20,485 nt of DNA from a virus. This document shows positions 16,161 to 20,485 of this stretch, piece by piece. The stretch lies in UHGV virus genome UHGV-0139389; one strand, written 5' to 3'. Numbering within the stretch: position 1 is the stretch's first letter; every line of letters starts with the position of its first letter. The notes beneath the pieces are model-generated. The model was not told where the DNA came from, made no database searches, and saw only the letters and a program-made list of their open reading frames with translations. The position numbers and the translations under genes were made by a program.

Positions 16161-16292
16161 CTTTGTAGATAAGTTATTAAGCTTACTTGTGAGTATGCGA
16201 CCACAAAGGGTGAATGGGTAAATTCTAGATTTAAACCCAAAAAGGCACATCGCTACAGACCTTAAGCAAGTCTGGGTAGCTTATCTACAAAG
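16161..16292 (+). ncRNA. Structured element closed by perfect 13-bp long-range stem
   Basis: CTTTGTAGATAAG (16161-16173) is exact reverse complement of CTTATCTACAAAG (16280-16292); internal hairpin CAGAC-CTTAAGCAA-GTCTG. Confidence 0.4.
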
Positions 16293-16302
16293 ATAATTTA
16301 AT

Positions 16303-16378
16303 GGAAGTGTAGCAGAATGGTGATGCGGCAGACTTTTAATCTGACAGGCGATGGGTTCGAATCCCTCCACTTCTACCA
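16303..16378 (+). tRNA. tRNA-Lys (anticodon TTT)
   Basis: Acceptor GGAAGTG/CACTTCT (G1-U72), loop CTTTTAA, T-loop TTCGAAT with weak T-stem, CCA. Confidence 0.7.
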
Positions 16379-16382
16379 ATAT

Positions 16383-16459
16383 GGTTCAGTCGCAGATAAG
16401 GTAATGCAAGGGTCTCATAAGCCCTATGAATGTGGGTTCGATTCCCATCTGAACCTCCA
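16383..16459 (+). tRNA. tRNA with anticodon CAT (Met or Ile-lysidine), second copy
   Basis: Acceptor GGTTCAG/CTGAACC, stem AGGGT/GCCCT, loop CTCATAA, T-loop TTCGATT, CCA. Confidence 0.8.
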
Positions 16460-16460
16460 A

Positions 16461-16536
16461 GCTGGTATAGTTAAGAAGGTTATAACACTCCCCTGATAAG
16501 GGAACATCGGTGGTTCGATTCCACCTACCAGTACCA
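16461..16536 (+). tRNA. tRNA-Ile (anticodon GAT)
   Basis: Acceptor GCTGGTA/TACCAGT (G1-U72), T-arm GGTGG-TTCGATT-CCACC, loop CTGATAA, CCA. Confidence 0.8.
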
Positions 16537-16551
16537 ATTTCAATAAAGTTG

Positions 16552-16580
16552 TTGACATTGAGATGTGACTACTTTATAGT
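16552..16580 (+). promoter_or_regulatory. Internal sigma70-like promoter TTGACA-17 nt-TATAGT
   Basis: Counted spacing 17 nt; best consensus match in window; precedes ~200-nt unassigned spacer and tRNA-Arg. Confidence 0.5.
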
Positions 16581-16782
16581 AACCTTAGTTTTCGTTGCGT
16601 AGCGTCTATTTTGCAAATTTAAAATAAATGCAAACGACAATGTTTTTCTGGCAGTAGCTTGATAGGCTAAACACCAGTGAGGTCTTCCAATCCCTCATCA
16701 AAGAATTTGGCGTACTCGCCCACGGTATGATTAATAAGGTGGGCATCTTTAAGGGCTTTCTAAGAGAGTCTTTAAAGATAAT

Positions 16783-16859
16783 GCACCCTTAGTTCAATTG
16801 GATAGAGCAACGGTCTTCTAAATCGTTAGTTACAGGTTCGAATCCTGTAGGGTGTACCA
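16783..16859 (+). tRNA. tRNA-Arg (anticodon TCT)
   Basis: Acceptor GCACCCT/AGGGTGT (G1-U72), D-arm GTTC-AATTGGATA-GAGC, loop CTTCTAA, T-arm ACAGG-TTCGAAT-CCTGT, CCA. Confidence 0.85.
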
Positions 16860-17001
16860 AATAGTTAGCAGATTGCTTAGACGACCTTATCGGGTCTCCG
16901 TGTAAGGAGGTGGTCTGTATCTCATGTTTTCCAGAACATGTAAATAATCTGAGAAGGGGCTTTACAGTGTTGAGATAATACGGTAAGCTTCGAATTATAG
17001 T

Positions 17002-17084
17002 ATGGGACGATGTTAAGACTCTAAGGCATGAGCAACGGCTTCCAACACCGTTTCAAAGGGGTTCAACTCCTCCGTCCCATGCCA
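17002..17084 (+). tRNA. tRNA-like, probable anticodon CCA (Trp), non-canonical D region (80 nt)
   Basis: Exact 7-bp acceptor ATGGGAC/GTCCCAT, T-loop TTCAACT, loop TTCCAAC, CCA encoded; ~7 extra nt between acceptor and anticodon stem. Confidence 0.45.
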
Positions 17085-17097
17085 AAGTCTTATTAGG

Positions 17098-17185
17098 GGT
17101 AGGTAGCGGCTAATGGTAGCCAAACTGTCTTGAAAACAGTTGCCACTGTAGAGATACGGTGAGGGTTCGACTCCTTTACTTACCG
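17098..17185 (+). tRNA. tRNA-Ser (anticodon TGA), long variable arm
   Basis: Acceptor GGTAGGT/ACTTACC, stem ACTGT/ACAGT, loop CTTGAAA, 20-nt variable arm, T-loop TTCGACT; no encoded CCA. Confidence 0.75.
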
Positions 17186-17342
17186 CCTAATAAGATTTAA
17201 AGCCAAGCTTCATTCGGATGTTGCTTTGGTATACCGCGTGTATTGTTGTACACACTGATAAAACACCTAGTAGGTGTCACGGAGAAGAGATAATATCAAG
17301 CTCTCCAAAGGTTCTAGTCACCGGATTAAACAAGACTATGCA

Positions 17343-17363
17343 AAGACCTTTTTAGGTCTTTTT
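17343..17363 (+). terminator. Weak hairpin + short T-tract
   Basis: AAGACC-TTTTTA-GGTCTT then TTT. Confidence 0.3.
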
Positions 17364-17442
17364 AGAGGGCTTCTAAGGTTATTACAGCTTGTTGTGGAAC
17401 CTTGTTGCTTAGGTTCTTAGAAGTTCTCTAAAAAGATTTAAT

Positions 17443-17519
17443 GCACCTATAGCCCAACTGGTAGAGGCAGCAGACTTAGAATCTGCTCAGTGTGAGTTCG
17501 AATCTCTCTAGGTGTACCA
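17443..17519 (+). tRNA. tRNA with anticodon TAG (Leu by anticodon) but short variable loop
   Basis: Acceptor GCACCTA/TAGGTGT (G1-U72), stem GCAGA/TCTGC exact, loop CTTAGAA, 5-nt variable loop, A73, CCA. Confidence 0.7.
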
Positions 17520-17526
17520 AATTAAT

Positions 17527-17602
17527 GCAGGTGTAGCAAAATGGTTATGCGGCTGACTCTTAATCAGTAAGACGATGGGTTCAATTCCCTCCACCTGTAC
17601 CA
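17527..17602 (+). tRNA. tRNA-Lys (anticodon CTT)
   Basis: Acceptor GCAGGTG/CACCTGT (G1-U72), loop CTCTTAA, T-loop TTCAATT, CCA; paralogue of tRNA at 16303. Confidence 0.75.
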
Positions 17603-17608
17603 AACAAT

Positions 17609-17684
17609 GGGGTCATAGTTTATATGGTTAAAATTCGAGTTTTGCAAACTTGGGAACTGAGTTCAATTCTCAGTGACTCCACCA
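17609..17684 (+). tRNA. tRNA-Ala (anticodon TGC)
   Basis: Acceptor GGGGTCA/TGACTCC with G3-U70 wobble (Ala identity element), loop TTTGCAA, T-arm CTGAG-TTCAATT-CTCAG, CCA. Confidence 0.85.
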
Positions 17685-17690
17685 ATTAGT

Positions 17691-17765
17691 GCATCCATAG
17701 TTTAAACGGGAAAATTACAGTCTTCCAAACTGAGGTTGAGGGTTCGATTCCCTCTGGATGCTCCA
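17691..17765 (+). tRNA. tRNA-Gly (anticodon TCC)
   Basis: Acceptor GCATCCA/TGGATGC, loop CTTCCAA, T-arm GAGGG-TTCGATT-CCCTC, CCA. Confidence 0.85.
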
Positions 17766-17772
17766 AATTAAT

Positions 17773-17848
17773 GCTCCTATCGTATAATTGGTTATTACGG
17801 TTGCCTTGTAAGCAACTTATCAGGGTTCGAGTCCTTGTGGGAGCACCA
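17773..17848 (+). tRNA. tRNA-Thr (anticodon TGT)
   Basis: Acceptor GCTCCTA/TGGGAGC, stem GTTGC/GCAAC, loop CTTGTAA, T-loop TTCGAGT, CCA. Confidence 0.85.
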
Positions 17849-17944
17849 ATTCAGAGGTCAAGTGAAAGACCGCTTTGAGTCAACTGAAGACCGTAACAAA
17901 TTCCACGAAGTTGAGTTAGCGGCACAACTTCAGACCTCTTTCAT

Positions 17945-18019
17945 ACTCGCTTAGTTTATATGGTAAAACATCACCCTTACAAGATGAAGAAAAAGGTTCA
18001 AGTCCTTTAGTGAGTACCA
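17945..18019 (+). tRNA. tRNA-Val (anticodon TAC)
   Basis: Acceptor ACTCGCT/AGTGAGT, D-arm GTTT-ATATGGTA-AAAC, loop CTTACAA, T-arm AAAGG-TTCAAGT-CCTTT, CCA. Confidence 0.8.
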
Positions 18020-18020
18020 T

Positions 18021-18098
18021 GTTCCAGTATCCCAATTGGCAGAGGATGCAAGCTCAAACCTTGTATTAGTGACGGTTCGAATCCGTCTTGGAACACCA
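18021..18098 (+). tRNA. tRNA with anticodon CAA (Leu by anticodon) but short variable loop
   Basis: Acceptor GTTCCAG/TTGGAAC, loop CTCAAAC, T-arm GACGG-TTCGAAT-CCGTC, A73, CCA. Confidence 0.7.
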
Positions 18099-18103
18099 AT
18101 TTT

Positions 18104-18179
18104 GCAGGATTAGTTCAAATGGAAAGAGCAACAGTCTACGAAGCTGTTAATAGGGGTTCGAATCCCTTATCCTGCGCCA
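18104..18179 (+). tRNA. tRNA-Arg (anticodon ACG)
   Basis: Acceptor GCAGGAT/ATCCTGC, D-arm GTTC-AAATGGAAA-GAGC, loop CTACGAA, T-arm AGGGG-TTCGAAT-CCCTT, CCA. Confidence 0.85.
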
Positions 18180-18196
18180 GATAAAAAGGTGATACT

Positions 18197-18439
18197 ATGC
18201 AAACATTAACAGTAGTTGAACATGAAAACTGTGAGAGTATTGAGTTTGTCAGGGTCATTGGTGTTGAACACCACATTTTCTTAAAAGTGGGATACTTATG
18301 TGACCCCGCTAGAGTAGAAAGATTTATACGTGATTGTTTTGGTGGTAGACAGCTGAAGAGTGTTATTTTTGAGACAGTTTTACCAGAAGGTTTAGAAACG
18401 AATAATAACATTTACCTCCTTACGAGGATTAGACAATGA
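18197..18439 (+). CDS. hypothetical protein, 80 aa, embedded in tRNA array
   Basis: ATG at 18197 with AAGGTG RBS; ATGA overlap with next ORF. Confidence 0.55.
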   Translation: MQTLTVVEHENCESIEFVRVIGVEHHIFLKVGYLCDPARVERFIRDCFGGRQLKSVIFETVLPEGLETNNNIYLLTRIRQ

Positions 18440-18993
18440 GATACTTAAAGTATGCTTCATGGATTTTCTTAGCTTTGTTAGAGCCATTTGCAGCAATCTT
18501 AGCAGTTATCTTAGCACCTTTTGTAGTTCCATTCTACAGTGAGAAGAAAGGACACTTACCTTTCGGGTTCAGATGGATGGAGACTTATGACAACCCAATT
18601 GATGGTGATGCAGGTCATATCAAACGATGGGCTAAGATTAGAAAGATTGGTAAGCTTGGTGTCTACATGCAGAGAGTTGGATGGCTCTGGAGAAACAAAG
18701 CTTATAACTTCTCTTACCATGTATTAGGAAGAGATGTAAAAGATGTTACTAAGTGGAAAGGTAATATCAACGTAAGTTCTAACCCTGAAGATAATCAGAC
18801 TGGTTATCTCCTAATGTGGAACAGTAATGCTTGGGGATTATTCGCTTTTGTGCCGTCAATCAAAATCTTTGGTAAACAATTTTACTGGAGAATTTATGTT
18901 GGGTGGAAACTTAAAAGTGTTGTCCCAGAAGAAAGAGCATTTTCAAGGGAAAGAGTTATGTTGGCATTCTTTATTCATCCACTAAGAAAGTAA
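18436..18993 (+). CDS. hypothetical membrane protein, 185 aa (N-terminal TM helix)
   Basis: ATG at 18436, GAGGA RBS; hydrophobic N-terminus WIFLALLEPFAAILAVILAPFVVPF. Confidence 0.6.
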   Translation: MRYLKYASWIFLALLEPFAAILAVILAPFVVPFYSEKKGHLPFGFRWMETYDNPIDGDAGHIKRWAKIRKIGKLGVYMQRVGWLWRNKAYNFSYHVLGRDVKDVTKWKGNINVSSNPEDNQTGYLLMWNSNAWGLFAFVPSIKIFGKQFYWRIYVGWKLKSVVPEERAFSRERVMLAFFIHPLRK

Positions 18994-19001
18994 AGATTTA
19001 A

Positions 19002-19077
19002 AGGGGATTAGTTTACAAGGTTAAAACCTCGGTCTTTGAAATCGAAGAAGTTGGTTCAATTCCAACATCCCCCGCCA
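19002..19077 (+). tRNA. tRNA-Gln (anticodon TTG)
   Basis: Acceptor with A1/C72 mismatch then GGGGAT/ATCCCC, loop CTTTGAA, T-arm GTTGG-TTCAATT-CCAAC, CCA. Confidence 0.75.
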
Positions 19078-19079
19078 AT

Positions 19080-19158
19080 GCTCCATTACTCCAATTGGCA
19101 GAGAGGCCAGACTTAAAATCTGTGTTATGTATCGGTTCGAATCCGATATGGAGTACCA
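19080..19158 (+). tRNA. tRNA with anticodon TAA (Leu by anticodon) but short variable loop
   Basis: Acceptor GCTCCAT/ATGGAGT (G1-U72), loop CTTAAAA, T-arm ATCGG-TTCGAAT-CCGAT, A73, CCA; D-arm paralogous to tRNAs at 17443 and 18021. Confidence 0.7.
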
Positions 19159-19163
19159 AATTT

Positions 19164-19239
19164 AGCGGTATAGCATAACTGGCAATGCAGCAGTCTCTGA
19201 AGCTGTCCTATTAAGGTTCAAATCCTTATGCCGCTGCCA
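19164..19239 (+). tRNA. tRNA-Gln (anticodon CTG)
   Basis: Acceptor AGCGGTA/TGCCGCT, D-arm GCAT-AACTGGCA-ATGC, loop CTCTGAA, T-arm TAAGG-TTCAAAT-CCTTA, CCA. Confidence 0.7.
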
Positions 19240-19270
19240 CTTCTAAGGATTCTTACGAGAGTCCTTAAAT

Positions 19271-19346
19271 GTGGCCTTATCATAAATGGTAATGACCCAT
19301 GCTGTGAACATGGTCTATACGGGTTCAAATCCCGTAGGTCACCCCA
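19271..19346 (+). tRNA. tRNA-His (anticodon GTG)
   Basis: Acceptor GTGGCCT/AGGTCAC, stem CCATG/CATGG exact, loop CTGTGAA, C73, CCA. Confidence 0.85.
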
Positions 19347-19352
19347 ATTTAT

Positions 19353-19428
19353 AGTCCAAGTAGCTTATATGGTTAAAGCGCGTGTCTGAAAAACATGAGA
19401 AGAGGGTTCAAATCCCACTGGACTACCA
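19353..19428 (+). tRNA. tRNA-Phe (anticodon GAA), boundaries +/-2 nt
   Basis: D-arm GCTT-ATATGGTTA-AAGC, stem CGTGT/ACATG, loop CTGAAAA, T-loop TTCAAAT; acceptor register ambiguous. Confidence 0.65.
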
Positions 19429-19444
19429 ATTTCAAAGGTGCTTA

Positions 19445-20179
19445 ATGAAAGAGATGACAGAACAAGGTAAGGAGATTTTCAATCTCTTAAAAACCGGTAA
19501 AGGGTTTTCTAACCCCCTTATTACTGGTGCAGCAGTTCTCGGTGGAACCGTAGCTGCCTCTACATCACTTGTAAGCTCTATTAGCTCTGTATCAGACCCT
19601 ACAGTAAAGGATAAGCTTGTTGCTGCTGGACTTACAACAGTTCTGCTTAACAGCTTTACCACGAGTCTGACAAGCACTACATCAACTACCAAAACACTAA
19701 CAGATTACGGTCAAAAGTCCATTGATGAGTTTTCATCACGTATGCAGGTAGCAAAAGGTTACTCTAATGTTATGGGTGCAGCAGGTGAACAAGTTGGCTG
19801 TACACCATTTAGTGGTATTATGGGTGTTGCTACAGAGTATGGTCAAAAAGCTATTGATACGATTAACAGTGCACTAGATAGTGTTAATGGTGTGTTAAGT
19901 GACTTACAAGATGCTATTGACAAAGGTCTTGATACTATTTCTGATTTAGCTGAGCAAGCTGTTAGTAAGATTAATGAAGGTATTTCAAAAATTACAGCTT
20001 ATGCAGATGAAGTTGTGCAGATGATTGAAGAAGAAGCTGCTCTTATTGCAGAGTACCTTAAAACGAATATCAATGGGTTCTTAGCAGGTATCTTACCAGA
20101 CTGGTTTGATGATGCTTGTAAAACTGGTGTAATTGACACTATTGCAACACCAGAAATGAAGAACGCATTACAGAAATAA
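19445..20179 (+). CDS. hypothetical protein, 244 aa, Ser/Thr-rich segment (start trimmed from 19382)
   Basis: ORF-track start 19382 lies inside tRNA-Phe; first ATG after the tRNA is 19445 with AGGTG upstream. Confidence 0.6.
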   Translation: MKEMTEQGKEIFNLLKTGKGFSNPLITGAAVLGGTVAASTSLVSSISSVSDPTVKDKLVAAGLTTVLLNSFTTSLTSTTSTTKTLTDYGQKSIDEFSSRMQVAKGYSNVMGAAGEQVGCTPFSGIMGVATEYGQKAIDTINSALDSVNGVLSDLQDAIDKGLDTISDLAEQAVSKINEGISKITAYADEVVQMIEEEAALIAEYLKTNINGFLAGILPDWFDDACKTGVIDTIATPEMKNALQK

Positions 20180-20181
20180 AT

Positions 20182-20274
20182 GGAAGATTAACCCTAAAAG
20201 GTAAGGGAGCAGTTTGCTAAACTGCTAGTAGCTGAGAAATCGGTGTACCAGTTCAAGTCTGGTATCTTCCTCCA
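20182..20274 (+). tRNA. tRNA-Ser (anticodon GCT), long variable arm
   Basis: Exact acceptor GGAAGAT/ATCTTCC, stem GCAGT/ACTGC, loop TTGCTAA, ~21-nt variable arm, T-arm ACCAG-TTCAAGT-CTGGT, CCA. Confidence 0.8.
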
Positions 20275-20278
20275 ATTT

Positions 20279-20354
20279 GAATCCGTGACAGAAACGGCTA
20301 TGTGCCTGTCTGCAAAACAGGTTTATAAGGGTTCGAGTCCCTTCGGATTCTCCA
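20279..20354 (+). tRNA. tRNA-Cys (anticodon GCA)
   Basis: Exact acceptor GAATCCG/CGGATTC, stem CCTGT/ACAGG, loop CTGCAAA, T-loop TTCGAGT, CCA. Confidence 0.85.
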
Positions 20355-20391
20355 AGTTATTTTACTCTCTCTCAATTAAAATAATAATAAT

Positions 20392-20451
20392 GCCCTGCTA
20401 TAAGTATTCTTCCTTTCGCTACCGAAGAGTATTTTTAGACAGGGCTTTTTT
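20392..20451 (+). terminator. Rho-independent terminator after tRNA array
   Basis: Outer stem GCCCTG/CAGGGC with inner TCTTC/GAAGA, followed by TTTTTT at 20446-20451. Confidence 0.5.
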
Positions 20452-20485
20452 ACAGAGTTATACTTTATAGGAAGACTTATACAGT

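Noticed and set aside
15993-16250. 85-aa minus-strand ORF
   Set aside because: Antisense to the structured RNA elements and tRNA-like module in a region otherwise made of RNA genes; no RBS.
16903-16980. Possible 22-codon ORF after TAAGGAGG at 16903
   Set aside because: Only a GTG start at suitable spacing, very short, no other support.
18136-18411. 91-aa minus-strand ORF
   Set aside because: Overlaps tRNA-Arg (ACG) and is antisense to the 80-aa plus-strand gene.
19382-19444. Upstream start of ORF 19382-20179
   Set aside because: These 63 nt lie inside tRNA-Phe (T-arm and acceptor); start moved to ATG 19445.
20243-20470. 75-aa plus-strand ORF
   Set aside because: Overlaps tRNA-Ser and tRNA-Cys and the terminator hairpin.

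Overview
This window reads as part of a large virulent tailed-phage genome (about 38-40% GC), with no rRNA, CRISPR array or transposase visible. It has four parts. (1) 1-3041: seven small plus-strand ORFs, each preceded by a repeated ~60-nt cassette (upstream stop codon, GGGGAGGG/CCTTCCCC hairpin, AGGAG, ATG). (2) 3042-4705: a ~1.6 kb ORF-free, AT-rich region packed with short degenerate repeats of the (C)TTGTTA(A/G)G family plus a G10 tract. (3) 4706-12881: a minus-strand block of about 19 tightly coupled genes (ATGA/TAATG overlaps), including a GH24 T4-type lysozyme and two tandem paralogues, one carrying three Ig-like domains. (4) 13110-20485: a small gene, then a 471-aa vWA (MIDAS DxSxS) protein that I think is Ro60/TROVE-like, then an array of about 27 tRNA genes. 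The tRNA spacers hold a family of conserved stem-closed RNA elements, one of which encloses a tRNA-like module without an anticodon arm, which is the architecture described for bacterial Y RNAs (YrlA). The candidate system is therefore a phage Ro60-like protein with Y-RNA-like RNAs inside a tRNA array. All tRNAs were folded by hand, so coordinates are +/- a few nt and isotypes are inferred from the anticodon only. Several CDS starts were moved from the ORF-track TTG start, or from a start overlapping an upstream element, to an internal ATG, in most cases one with a better ribosome-binding site. No homology search was run.
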